Below, in pieces: positions 1 through 9,520 of a DNA stretch of 32,650 bases (the first letter of the stretch is position 1; each line of letters opens with the position of its first letter). The DNA comes from a virus. Its lineage: Duplodnaviria > Caudoviricetes. Both the position numbers and the translations under genes were made by a program. A model generated the notes under the pieces. The model saw nothing but the letters and a program-made list of their open reading frames with translations. It did no database searches and was not told the DNA's origin. The stretch spans positions 1 to 32,650 of the IMG/VR virus record IMGVR_UViG_3300020045_002788. One strand, 5' to 3'.

Positions 1-339
1 GCCATACCTGTTTTGGGGAGAGGATGGGACCCTTCACCCACACGATGACGGGGGAGGGGTGAGCACATGGTCCGGCCCGCACCAGTGCTAGCGTATGGTG
101 GTAGTAAGCACTCACTGTATGCATGCAACGCACTGTATCCATGCGCTATCATGATGTATGCGCCCTGGCCTTGCGTATCCTCTTGATAAATAGAGGGTTG
201 CCCATGCCTATTCTGTACTGCGAGGACCGTTACGGTACAGACTGATGGTGGAAGCTATGGCGTATAGCGATAGCGAGCACTCACTTGCACCATTGTGGTG
301 CTGATGTGTAGCTATGGGCCGGATAGGAGCGAGAGCAGA

Positions 340-966
340 ATGGCTAAAAAGAAAACCACCGTTACCTTTGAGCCACAGGAAACCAGAATCCTCAGCATTC
401 TGGAATCCGGACGAACCGTCGATGACGTAGCCCAAGAACTCGGTCTTACCACCGAGTACGTCTCCAACCGCGTGAGAGACCTCATCAACACAGCCGGGGA
501 AACCATGCTGGAGCGATACCCGTCTGTCTACATGACCTCTCAAGCTATGGCAGGGCTTGATTTGGGTACGGACGTCATCAAGATGGCCCGCGAGGTGGGG
601 ATCAGTAAACCCATGCTGGACGCCCTAAAACGACGCATCAACGCCAAGCAGGGGCTTCAGCCCGCCGACCCAAAGGCTTTAACCGACAAGCAGATGATAA
701 CCGCCTTGGAAGAGAAGGCCGCGCTGGGGCTTTCCTACCTCGACAGCTTCGCGTTCGCCGGGGCCTCTGCCAAGGACATCCAATCGGTGATCGACGGCCT
801 GATCTCTAACATCCAGCTTCTCAAGGGTAAGCCGACCTCCATCACGTCGGTTGAGGACCGCCGGAAGTTCAACGAACTACTGCCGCTTCTGGTTCTGGAA
901 GCACAGAAGCGCGGCGTGGCTTTGGAAGGTGAGTTCACGAAGGTAGAAAAGAATGAGCCTGCTTGA
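340..966 (+). CDS. terS: Terminase small subunit (HTH-containing)
   Basis: ATG at 340 with AGGAG at 325-329, preferred over the ORF-track GTG at 295. N-terminal HTH-like segment (GRTVDDVAQELGLTTEYVSNRVRDL). Overlaps the start of the large terminase. Confidence 0.65.
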   Translation: MAKKKTTVTFEPQETRILSILESGRTVDDVAQELGLTTEYVSNRVRDLINTAGETMLERYPSVYMTSQAMAGLDLGTDVIKMAREVGISKPMLDALKRRINAKQGLQPADPKALTDKQMITALEEKAALGLSYLDSFAFAGASAKDIQSVIDGLISNIQLLKGKPTSITSVEDRRKFNELLPLLVLEAQKRGVALEGEFTKVEKNEPA

Positions 967-2584
967 CATAGAACACGATGCAATCTCCGGTCTCAGCGAT
1001 GAAGACCTGAGACAAATACTTTCCGCTGGCGTTAAGTTCCAGCAGGACGACGTTCGTGAGAATCAGCTTCTTTACTACACCCCAGTATCGGATCAGGTCG
1101 CCAGATTTCACGCCAGCGGCGCGAATACCATTGGCATATTTGGCGGAAATGGATCGAGCAAATCTGAGAGCAATCTGGTTGATCTGATTATCTCGGCAAC
1201 CGGCATCGTACCCCTGTCCTTGCGTGGCGTTATCCACCCATCAAAACTACGCGGACCAGTTTCTTGCCGCATCGTCGTGCGGTCTCTGTCGAACATGCTT
1301 CACCAGACGATGTTGAAGAAACTCCAGTGGTGGAAGTGGGATGGAGAATCACAGCCCGGCGGTGCTCGCGGTCACTGGGGATGGATACCGAAAACGTCTC
1401 TCATCAACGGCAAGTGGGAGGATTCGTGGTCTGAGAAAACCCACGTTCTTACCGTCCACCACCGCGACCCGGAAAACCCGGAAATAATTCTCGGTGAATC
1501 GACGATTCATTTCATGTCGTCAGACCAGGTGGCTATCGACATGGCGGCGTCTTCTCTGCACGTCGTGATGGTGGACGAAATCACGTCCAAAGCAGTTTGG
1601 GACGAAAATAAGGTGCGGGTAATGCGCGGCGACGGGCGTATCGCTCTATCAATGACGTTCCCCGACGACGCCGGAATATCCTGTGAGTGGATATTCGACG
1701 AACTCTACGACAAGGGATTCGACGGATCGAAACGCAACCCGGATGTAGAGATATTCGAGTTACACACCACCGACAACCCACACTTGAATCAGGAACGTGT
1801 CAGAAAGGACATGGCGGATATGTCCGAGGCCACGCGGAAGGTGAGAATCTACGGTCAATCAATCCGCTTTTCCAACCGTATTCACCCTCTGTTTACCGAC
1901 GTTTTAAGCGGTTGGTGCTTCAAGTGCGGAACGGAAGTCATTCTTGAGAACGAGAAATGCTCGACCTGCGGTGCCGAGGACGTGACGACCTATTGCCACG
2001 TGAAGTCGTTCGACCACAACCGTTCATGGCCGGTGATCTGCGCCCTCGACCCACACCCACGTAAACCGCACATGCTGTCTTGGATTGCTATAGACCCCTA
2101 CGACGATCTGTGGCAGATTGACGAAACAAAGGTGGACGGCGACTGCGCGGCAGTCAGAAAGAAGGCCGATGAAATCGAAAGGACGCACGGCATGAACGTG
2201 GTAATGCGGATCATGGACCCAAACATGGGGGCTAGTCCCAGCGGGCAGAAGCGTGGTATCACTTGGCAGTCCGAGTTTCGGGACGCCGGACTACACTTCG
2301 ACCTCGCCGATGATTCAGACGTAGGCCGTTCACGCTTCAACGAATACCTGAAGCCCGATCCGCGAAGACTTCAGCCCAGAGCGCATATCCACGAACGCTG
2401 CCAAACAAGTATTTTCCAGATGAAGCGATTCTGTTGGGGTGAAAACAAACAGGCGCTTGAGAAGGACTTGAAGCAAACGCCGAAACCGAAGAACGATGAC
2501 TTTCCCGCGCTTTGGAGATACACCATGAACACTAATCCGACTTTTACCGGCCTGACCCGTGGTTCAGCCGCAATGCGGTGGTAG
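953..2584 (+). CDS. terL: Terminase large subunit
   Basis: Walker A-like IFGGNGSSKS, Walker B VVMVDE, motif III-like SMTF, HTTDNPHL, RNase H-like nuclease acidic motifs ALDPHPRKP, IMDP and DDFPALWRY. Lies upstream of the portal. Confidence 0.93.
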   Translation: MSLLDIEHDAISGLSDEDLRQILSAGVKFQQDDVRENQLLYYTPVSDQVARFHASGANTIGIFGGNGSSKSESNLVDLIISATGIVPLSLRGVIHPSKLRGPVSCRIVVRSLSNMLHQTMLKKLQWWKWDGESQPGGARGHWGWIPKTSLINGKWEDSWSEKTHVLTVHHRDPENPEIILGESTIHFMSSDQVAIDMAASSLHVVMVDEITSKAVWDENKVRVMRGDGRIALSMTFPDDAGISCEWIFDELYDKGFDGSKRNPDVEIFELHTTDNPHLNQERVRKDMADMSEATRKVRIYGQSIRFSNRIHPLFTDVLSGWCFKCGTEVILENEKCSTCGAEDVTTYCHVKSFDHNRSWPVICALDPHPRKPHMLSWIAIDPYDDLWQIDETKVDGDCAAVRKKADEIERTHGMNVVMRIMDPNMGASPSGQKRGITWQSEFRDAGLHFDLADDSDVGRSRFNEYLKPDPRRLQPRAHIHERCQTSIFQMKRFCWGENKQALEKDLKQTPKPKNDDFPALWRYTMNTNPTFTGLTRGSAAMRW

Positions 2585-2601
2585 AGACGTAAGGAGGAAA
2601 A

Positions 2602-2835
2602 ATGACAATTAAATTCGCCTGTGACGGCTGCGACACCGCAGTCGATAAACCGCATACCCGTGGTATCGTGAAGCCAGCGCACTACTGCGATAACTGTGTT
2701 CTTGATATTGACGCCTATCTGAAAGCCAGAGACGCGCTGCACACAGAATGCGCCAAACACTTCAAGGAAAAGGCACAAACTTTGAAGGACGACTACAGAC
2801 AGTTTCACCCGGACGGAAAACTACCCGATGAGTGA
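2602..2835 (+). CDS. Small zinc-finger-like hypothetical protein
   Basis: Strong SD AAGGAGG. Two CxxC pairs (CDGC, CDNC). Confidence 0.7.
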   Translation: MTIKFACDGCDTAVDKPHTRGIVKPAHYCDNCVLDIDAYLKARDALHTECAKHFKEKAQTLKDDYRQFHPDGKLPDE

Positions 2836-3232
2836 CGTTAAAAAAACCGGATGCTGTACTCTGTGTGACGCGGAAGTCTACGAAATTATTTCATATTTCC
2901 CGGACGGCCCGCTTCTCGGTTTCCCCAGAAAGATCGGCAAAGCCCTTCCGAACGCCTACACGGTGGACTACATTTTGACGGAAGGCAGTATCGCATCGCT
3001 GACTTGTTGCGAGTCCTGCCGAGCCGACATGATTAACGAGGCATTTTTCCCGGCCATCTGGGCGAAGGTAATGCGTTCATTCATGTTCGAGGAACAACCG
3101 GATGTCCGCGCATCGCTACCCGCTCCACCGAGAAACGTAGTCGAACAAGACCACATTCTTGCCGAACTCGTAAAGTTATCCGACAACAAACCGATAGGCG
3201 TAATGGCCGTTCACCGGATCGCCGATGCTTGA
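2828..3232 (+). CDS. Hypothetical protein with Cys clusters
   Basis: Overlaps both neighbours. CCTLC and CCESC motifs. Confidence 0.7.
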   Translation: MSDVKKTGCCTLCDAEVYEIISYFPDGPLLGFPRKIGKALPNAYTVDYILTEGSIASLTCCESCRADMINEAFFPAIWAKVMRSFMFEEQPDVRASLPAPPRNVVEQDHILAELVKLSDNKPIGVMAVHRIADA

Positions 3233-3419
3233 ATGTTCATCTGCGTACAATCCGGCGTCGTGGATGCCGGATGGTGGCACGATAGAACCAGCCTACCGGC
3301 AGGTTTTCCCGGACAGTTCGATGGCTGTTTTCTTCTCAGAACACCCTACTTTTGCCGTGTTTTACGACAAAGCAGGAAACCCAATGAACATTCTAATGCT
3401 CGAAGAATTTAAGGAGTAA
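3225..3419 (+). CDS. Hypothetical protein
   Basis: Fills the gap between coupled genes. Its end supplies the portal SD (AAGGAG). Confidence 0.55.
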   Translation: MLECSSAYNPASWMPDGGTIEPAYRQVFPDSSMAVFFSEHPTFAVFYDKAGNPMNILMLEEFKE

Positions 3420-3421
3420 AT

Positions 3422-5755
3422 GTGGCTGACCTCGGCGTAGTGCAAAAAGAAATAGGCATCAAGCGCGAACGCAAGCGCATCGAAGCCTTCACCTTCGACC
3501 GGGCAAAAGTAGCGGCGCGAATCAAGAAGTTCTACGACGACGACACCACCAACCGTACAGAAGAAGTCGATGCGCGCATTCAACGCTACGCGAAGTACCG
3601 CATGTGGCGCGAAGAATCCGGCGATGACGCCGATGTGGGAATCGTTGACTTAGCGACACACTCTCTCCGAATTCAAGATACACTTCACAACGCCGTGATG
3701 ACCATGCGGCCTTGTATCTCCGCAATTCCCAACGCTGTTAAGCAGGATGAAGACAAGGGTAAGCTGATCGACGATCTGATCGACCACCAGGTCTTCACTG
3801 AGAACCAAGGCGAAAAGTTTATCGGCGACTGTGCAGAAGCGTTCACGAACGACAGCGCCTTAACGGTTTACATTCCGTGGGTGAAGGAAGAGCGCGAAGT
3901 TTTCGAGATCAAGAGTTACCCGGCCATTCCACCGGAAGAACTGCCGATCACTTATTTCAAAACTATTCTGATGGGAGAGTTCCCCGATCACGATTTGTAC
4001 AAACGCGACAAAGAAGGTTGGGAGTGGGAAGTCGATAAAGACGACAAAACAGGAAGAGTCAGTTTCTACACCAACGACACAGAAGTCGAAATGGTTATCC
4101 GCCGTCCGACCGTTGTTTTCGACGGCCCACGCCCTACCGTTCTCGACTGGGAAGACGTGATGTACCCGGCGCGTTGCGAAAACCTGCAACCTCCTGGTCC
4201 CTCAAATCCGAACGGCGCATCGCATGTCATTGTGGTGAGCACGCCGCAGTTGGATGAAATTCGCCGACTTAAAAAGAGCGGGTTCTACAATCTTCTCAGC
4301 GACGACGAACTGAAAAAACTCGAAAACGTCAGAACCAGCAACGCCGAACCGCAGAATCAGCGCGAGGAAAAGCAGAAAGACACGCTTGCCGGTAAAACTC
4401 CTATCCCCAACGAAACCGTGGAGTCGCACAAGACGTTGACACGGATCACCTGCTACGACCGCTACGACGTAGACGGTGACGGACTCGATGAAGACGTAAT
4501 TTGGTGGATGATTTACGAAACACAGACCATTCTCAAGGCCGTCTACCTCACGGAAATGTTCCCGGCAGACCCTCCACGTAGACCTTTCGCCGAGTCTTCG
4601 TTCATTCCAGTACGGGGAAGACGTGATGGTATTTCCCTGCTCGAACTTCTTGAGTCAACCCACGACCTGATGAAGCAAATCACCGATCAGACCGTGGATG
4701 CAGGTCTTTTCGCCAATTTCCCGTTCGGTTTCTTTCGGGCCTCGTCGAATCTGAAGCAGGAGAAAATACGTCTCGAACCGCGCATGTTATTTCCACTGGC
4801 TGACCCGGTAAACGACGTGTATTTCCCGCAGATGCCGGGACAATCTCAAGCCTTCGGACTAAACATGCTGGCTATGACGGGGGGCCAACAGGACAAGCTC
4901 GCCATGCAGTCAGACCTGCAATTCGGCAGGGTTCCGACCGGCCAAGCCTCCGCCCTTCGCACGGCGGGCGCGCAACAGAACCTTCTGGCCCAAGGAGAAG
5001 CCCGTCCAGAGCGTATTCTTCGCCGGTTCTTTATCTGTTTGGCCGAGGTTTATGCCCAGATACACGAGCTAAATCAGCGTTTCTTGCCGCCAAAGAAGCG
5101 TTTCCGCATCTCAGGATTCAGAGACCAAAGTGAAGACCCGTATCACGAAATCGCCAGCAAGACAGATATTGCCGGGCGTTTCCAGTTCACTTTCAAGGCA
5201 AACGTGCTGAATTCCAGCAAACAAGCTCTGCAACAGGCGCTTTCCAGCATTCTTCAGCTCTACACGTCTCCTATCGCCATTCAGTCCGGGGCCGTTGGTG
5301 CTCCTGAAATCCATCATCTGTTGCGTGACTTTGCAAAGGCAATGGGCCAAGACCCGGATGTGAAGGGTTACATCACACCCGGAAGGAAGGGCCAACCTAT
5401 CTCAGCGGACATGGCTATTACCGCTCTCTTGAACATCCAAGAGCCTTCCGGCTACCCGATGGAAGGGGCAATGGCGCACTACCAGAGACTCATGGAGTTC
5501 GCGCAATCTGACGACTTCGGACAAGTGGCTGATACAGCGTTCGTGCAGCTTTTCGGCGCTTACGTGCAGAAGATTATGACGATGGCACAGCAGGAGATTC
5601 AGCAACAGCAACTCGCCATGGCAGCACAAGCTGCTCCCGGCCCTGAGAATAAAGGCGGGAAACAAGCAGCGCCAGCAGATACCAGCCAGCAGATGCTTAG
5701 CCCAGAGGAGTTGTTAAACGAACAGCTTCCGGGCGCTAAAGGAGGCAATGGATGA
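3422..5755 (+). CDS. Portal protein (P22-like)
   Basis: 777 aa after the terminase. GTG start with SD. Motifs typical of this portal type (DVDGDGLDE, GISLLELL, RTAGAQ, ERILRRF) and a Q-rich C-terminal tail. Confidence 0.88.
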   Translation: MADLGVVQKEIGIKRERKRIEAFTFDRAKVAARIKKFYDDDTTNRTEEVDARIQRYAKYRMWREESGDDADVGIVDLATHSLRIQDTLHNAVMTMRPCISAIPNAVKQDEDKGKLIDDLIDHQVFTENQGEKFIGDCAEAFTNDSALTVYIPWVKEEREVFEIKSYPAIPPEELPITYFKTILMGEFPDHDLYKRDKEGWEWEVDKDDKTGRVSFYTNDTEVEMVIRRPTVVFDGPRPTVLDWEDVMYPARCENLQPPGPSNPNGASHVIVVSTPQLDEIRRLKKSGFYNLLSDDELKKLENVRTSNAEPQNQREEKQKDTLAGKTPIPNETVESHKTLTRITCYDRYDVDGDGLDEDVIWWMIYETQTILKAVYLTEMFPADPPRRPFAESSFIPVRGRRDGISLLELLESTHDLMKQITDQTVDAGLFANFPFGFFRASSNLKQEKIRLEPRMLFPLADPVNDVYFPQMPGQSQAFGLNMLAMTGGQQDKLAMQSDLQFGRVPTGQASALRTAGAQQNLLAQGEARPERILRRFFICLAEVYAQIHELNQRFLPPKKRFRISGFRDQSEDPYHEIASKTDIAGRFQFTFKANVLNSSKQALQQALSSILQLYTSPIAIQSGAVGAPEIHHLLRDFAKAMGQDPDVKGYITPGRKGQPISADMAITALLNIQEPSGYPMEGAMAHYQRLMEFAQSDDFGQVADTAFVQLFGAYVQKIMTMAQQEIQQQQLAMAAQAAPGPENKGGKQAAPADTSQQMLSPEELLNEQLPGAKGGNG

Positions 5756-6108
5756 GCATAGACAAGAATCGTTTCACTGAATCAGTAAACAAACACAGGC
5801 AGGAAAGTCGTATCAGCGACGTTCTTCAACTTGTCCACGCCGCAGTACCTATCGACAAGGTAACGCAAAGCCCCGAGTGGAACAGCGTTCTTCAACTTAT
5901 TCAGGGCATGATAGATGCTGAACAAGCGAAATACGAAGACCTTCACAAGAAGTTCGTGGCCCCGCAACTGGTAAACCATGACCAAATCATGCTGATGAAA
6001 CAACAGATCACCGCCTCGCTTTCTCGTATATCAACATTGATTGAAGTGAGAGACCTGCCGAAGACAGTTCTGGACGCCGCAGCGAAGGTTAAAAATAATT
6101 TGACATAA
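5752..6108 (+). CDS. Hypothetical helical protein (between portal and scaffold)
   Basis: ATGA overlap with the portal stop, GGAGG upstream. Confidence 0.75.
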   Translation: MSIDKNRFTESVNKHRQESRISDVLQLVHAAVPIDKVTQSPEWNSVLQLIQGMIDAEQAKYEDLHKKFVAPQLVNHDQIMLMKQQITASLSRISTLIEVRDLPKTVLDAAAKVKNNLT

Positions 6109-6111
6109 TGC
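6096..6111 (+). promoter_or_regulatory. Conserved 16-bp motif TAATTTGACATAATGC, copy 1
   Basis: Identical to 15172-15187 (+) and 21282-21297 (-). Contains TTGACA, an extended -10-like TGnCATAAT, and the reverse complement of TTATGTCAAAT. Confidence 0.75.
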
Positions 6112-6208
6112 TGGACACGGAGAATTACCTGTGCTTTGATATAGACAGCTTGAACTGAGTATGCCCTGAAGACGCAGTTTGTCGGACGGTCTGTAAGACT
6201 CACGAAAC

Positions 6209-6240
6209 GGCGCATCCCTAGCGGGACGCGCCTTTTTTTT
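6209..6240 (+). terminator. Intrinsic terminator or attenuator upstream of the scaffold gene
   Basis: GGCGC-A-TCCC/TAGC/GGGA-C-GCGCC hairpin followed by T8. Confidence 0.8.
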
Positions 6241-6314
6241 GGCTTTGATTTAGGTCGCAATCGCCGGGACGACAACGGCTGGCAACGCGGACCACTTGGC
6301 GCGAGGAGAAACGT

Positions 6315-7109
6315 ATGGCTGACGAGCAGCTAACTGAAGAACAGATTGCAGCAAATGAAGCAGGAGATGCGGAAGCCGCAGAAAAGGCCGAGAAGAAAGG
6401 CCCGACTGGCTGGATTCCAAAGCAACGGCTGGATGAGGTTTTAGGCACTGTCCGCGAACTGAAAGGTTCTCTGGATCAGGAGCGCGAAGCCCGTATCCGG
6501 CTTGAGGAACAGGTTAAGGCTGGACAGAAGAATGAACCGGCCCGCTACACCAAGCAGTCTTTGCGTGAAGCGGTAGCGGTAGGCCAGATGACGCAGGACC
6601 AGGCGGACGACCTCTGGGATACCCAGAGAGAAGCCGAGATTACCGAGAAAGTGATGGGTGCCGTAACGGCCTCCACCACGCAGAACAAAGCTGTTGAACG
6701 GGTAGACACTGATTTGGCCCGGTACAAGGCTTTGGCCCCAGACCTGATGGTCGAAGGCAGCGAGATACGGAATGAAGTAACGGCGCGCTATCAGTACCTG
6801 ATTTCGATAGGCGCACCGCACGGTTCTGGAACACAGTTGGCAGCGGCCAACGCGGTACTGGGACCGATTGACCGGCTTGAAAAGAAGGGCAAGGGTAGAA
6901 CGGTAACGCAGACGCACGAAGAGACAGGCGGTAACGACGGTGGTGAGAAGGGGGTAAAGAAGACCTTACTCGACCAAGCTCCCCCTCGTTACAAGCAGCA
7001 CTACGAGAATTTGATTGCGAAGGGGCTTACTACCCCAGAGCAGGCTGAAAAAGAATTGGCTCGCGCCGGGATTAAAAATCTTGAGGCAAGAGCGAAGCGG
7101 CACGCATGA
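6315..7109 (+). CDS. Capsid scaffolding protein
   Basis: SD GAGGAG. Acidic N-terminus, IPKQRLDEV motif, coiled coil. Lies between portal and capsid. Confidence 0.8.
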   Translation: MADEQLTEEQIAANEAGDAEAAEKAEKKGPTGWIPKQRLDEVLGTVRELKGSLDQEREARIRLEEQVKAGQKNEPARYTKQSLREAVAVGQMTQDQADDLWDTQREAEITEKVMGAVTASTTQNKAVERVDTDLARYKALAPDLMVEGSEIRNEVTARYQYLISIGAPHGSGTQLAAANAVLGPIDRLEKKGKGRTVTQTHEETGGNDGGEKGVKKTLLDQAPPRYKQHYENLIAKGLTTPEQAEKELARAGIKNLEARAKRHA

Positions 7110-7378
7110 TTATTGTAAAGAGGCAGTGGAGCAAACAAGAAGTTCTTGCTTCCACGGAAGACCCCGGCAGAAAGAGGGGGAAGCCAAGTGGAAGCTATAT
7201 CGACGACTTGGTTGCCTTGAAGAAGGCAGTGATTTTGTGTAGCGGATGTCTACATAAGTTCAATGCCAAGAAGGCAGGCTACAAGAAGCCTGAAAGATTT
7301 TCGGTTGTAAGAGGAAAGTGTGACGACTGCCGTGAGTTTGGTTTTGGAACACTGTTTATTAACGCAGGAATGAATTGA
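7106..7378 (+). CDS. Small basic Zn-finger-like protein
   Basis: ATGA overlap. CSGC and CDDC pairs. Confidence 0.7.
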   Translation: MIIVKRQWSKQEVLASTEDPGRKRGKPSGSYIDDLVALKKAVILCSGCLHKFNAKKAGYKKPERFSVVRGKCDDCREFGFGTLFINAGMN

Positions 7379-7388
7379 GGAGAAAACG

Positions 7389-8102
7389 ATGGAACTCGCG
7401 TACACCCTACATGGCAACGCGCCACTGCTTAAGAAATACCAATGCAACTCGTCTTCGACGGCTGTAGGTCAGCCTTGGGTAATTCCCGGAGCCGGTAATG
7501 CCGGTGTCGTTATCGCCACTACCACTGGTGCCGCCGACATGATCGGCGTAAACCTTGACTCCGCTGTCTACGTTACCTCACAGACCACGGACGGCACCAG
7601 CACGGAACGTCAACTTACCCTGATTGTGAATCCAGATGCTGTGTGGCGCATGAAGATGTCCGGAGGCGCTACCGAAAACACCGCCCTCGACCTTCAGACT
7701 GTTACTACAGCCAGCGCAACTGGTACTGCGGTGACAACCGCTGCTGAATGGTCAAGCCCTACTTATGACGAAGGTTTTGTCTGGGGATACGAAGGCGCAA
7801 ACGCCGGAGCGGCCCGGAAAATCACATCGGTTTCAGCCACTGCCGGTACGGTTACTGTCGCTTTTGACCAAGATACTGTGGTTGGCGACACCTTCCTGCG
7901 CTGCCCGTACAGTCCGATTCAAGGCATTACGATACAGCTTTCGACCCTGCTTACTCAGGCCGATGCCAGCATCGCTGTCGGCACCGGAGCCGGTTTCAAG
8001 ACGGTTGAACTGATCCTGAACGATGCTACAAATTCAGGCCGCACCAACAGCTTCGTGCTGGCAATGCCAACCGACCACTGCTTTGCCGGTCGCCCGACGT
8101 AA
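7389..8102 (+). CDS. Probable capsid decoration/cement protein
   Basis: SD GAGGAG. T/A/G-rich beta protein directly before the major capsid gene. Confidence 0.6.
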   Translation: MELAYTLHGNAPLLKKYQCNSSSTAVGQPWVIPGAGNAGVVIATTTGAADMIGVNLDSAVYVTSQTTDGTSTERQLTLIVNPDAVWRMKMSGGATENTALDLQTVTTASATGTAVTTAAEWSSPTYDEGFVWGYEGANAGAARKITSVSATAGTVTVAFDQDTVVGDTFLRCPYSPIQGITIQLSTLLTQADASIAVGTGAGFKTVELILNDATNSGRTNSFVLAMPTDHCFAGRPT

Positions 8103-8116
8103 TCTAGGAGAAAAAC

Positions 8117-9040
8117 ATGCCCGTACCACATATTTCAGGTTCCTTCGGCGATCTTCTCGATGTCCGATTTCAGGACATCTTCCAGAGCGCAAAGCAGTAC
8201 AACGAGCTTCAGTCAAAACTCGGTGAACTCTACACCATGCCGCCCTCGAACGGTCGTAACGACATGCGCTGGTCGCAGGTCGGAACGCTTCCGGATTTCG
8301 AGGAATTCACCGGAAACATTACCTACCAGTCGCAGGCGCAGGGCTACGACACCACCCTGACCTACGTGGAGTTCACGAACGGTTTGCAGGTGGAACGTAA
8401 ACTCTACGACGACGACCAGTATCACATCATGGACCAGAAGCCGCAGGCTCTGGCGGACGCTTACCACCGCACCATGGAACGTCTTGGTGCGAGGATGCTG
8501 GTAAACGGGTTCTCGGTGGACAATTACTTCTACAACAACACCGAAGCGGTTGCCCTGTTCTCCGACAGCCACACCACAACCTCCGGCGCTTCGACCGCTT
8601 CCGGATTCGACAACAAAGGAACCGCTGCCATCAGCGCCACCGCAGTGATGGCGGCGATGATTCAGGGTCGCGGTTTTCGCGGCGACCAAGCCGAACGAAT
8701 CGGTGTGACGTTCGACGAACTGTGGATTCCGGTTGACCTTACCGAACAGGCTTACGAGATCAACAACTCGATGGGCAAGCTCGACACCGCCAACAACAAC
8801 CCGAACTACCTGAAAGGGAAATTCGCCATCAAAGAGTGGAACTACCTGACGGACACAAACAACTGGTTCCTGATGGACTCCGGAATGCGGAAGAAGATGC
8901 TGTTCTGGGTGAACCGCGTACCGCTTGAGTTCGCCATGGTGGAAGACTTCGACAAGCTGATCGCAAAGTGGCGCGCTTATTCCCGAGTTGGTGCCGCTCA
9001 TACCGACTGGCGTTTTGGATTCGGCGCACAGGTCTCTTAA
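8117..9040 (+). CDS. Major capsid protein (HK97 fold, Mu gpT-like)
   Basis: SD AGGAG, 307 aa. Motifs VERKLYDDDQY, ALFSDSH, WNYLTDTNNWFL and DWRFGFG resemble Mu gpT-like capsids. Confidence 0.88.
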   Translation: MPVPHISGSFGDLLDVRFQDIFQSAKQYNELQSKLGELYTMPPSNGRNDMRWSQVGTLPDFEEFTGNITYQSQAQGYDTTLTYVEFTNGLQVERKLYDDDQYHIMDQKPQALADAYHRTMERLGARMLVNGFSVDNYFYNNTEAVALFSDSHTTTSGASTASGFDNKGTAAISATAVMAAMIQGRGFRGDQAERIGVTFDELWIPVDLTEQAYEINNSMGKLDTANNNPNYLKGKFAIKEWNYLTDTNNWFLMDSGMRKKMLFWVNRVPLEFAMVEDFDKLIAKWRAYSRVGAAHTDWRFGFGAQVS

Positions 9041-9276
9041 TGGCTCTTGCCGACTTCTTCGCCGGTAAAGGCTCCTTCGCCGCTCGCTCTAAGGCCAGAC
9101 GGCAGGCGGTGGAGTCTGGTGAGATCGGCGAAGCACGTCAGGCTTTTGTACGTGGTGAATGGCAAGACCTTTCGGTTGACGGCGTGACAAACAACATGAA
9201 GGAAACCAGCACCGACGTTGACGAGAAGAAGGAGCTTCGCGGAGAACATTACAGCGATACTGGGGGCGGACGATGA
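9040..9276 (+). CDS. Hypothetical protein
   Basis: ATG at 9040 overlaps the capsid stop (TAATG); begins MALADFFAGKG. Confidence 0.6.
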   Translation: MALADFFAGKGSFAARSKARRQAVESGEIGEARQAFVRGEWQDLSVDGVTNNMKETSTDVDEKKELRGEHYSDTGGGR

Positions 9277-9470
9277 ATAAGTACAACTGCGGACACATGG
9301 ACGCACCGAAACCACCGGACCCGAAGTACGGGAAGGGCGGTAGCATGCCTCCCATCAAGGACTCAGGATTCGCTGGAGTTCCCGGAAAAACTCAGCCGAC
9401 CGACCGATCCAACGGCATACCGAAGACCGGAAAACTCGGACCGTTCAGAATAAAGAGTGAAGGAATTTAG
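9273..9470 (+). CDS. Small G/P/K-rich hypothetical protein
   Basis: ATGA overlap, 65 aa. Confidence 0.6.
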   Translation: MNKYNCGHMDAPKPPDPKYGKGGSMPPIKDSGFAGVPGKTQPTDRSNGIPKTGKLGPFRIKSEGI

Positions 9471-9520
9471 TGGCAACGCCGAAAGGCAGCGCAATCCCGC
9501 GTCCACATTAGGAGAAGAAC

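Noticed and set aside
51-58. KOPS-like octamer GGGGAGGG
   Set aside because: A few such octamers are expected by chance in 33 kb, and no polarised series was seen.
6163-6208. Hammerhead-like CTGAAGA...GAAAC and weak c-di-GMP-I or C4 RNA resemblance
   Set aside because: Stem II closing pair and stems I/III do not form, and the conserved cores of the other families are incomplete.
8213-9001. Long antisense ORFs (e.g. 262 aa opposite the capsid; others opposite the tail and ejection genes)
   Set aside because: Shadow ORFs caused by codon bias of the + strand genes; no SD or recognisable motifs.
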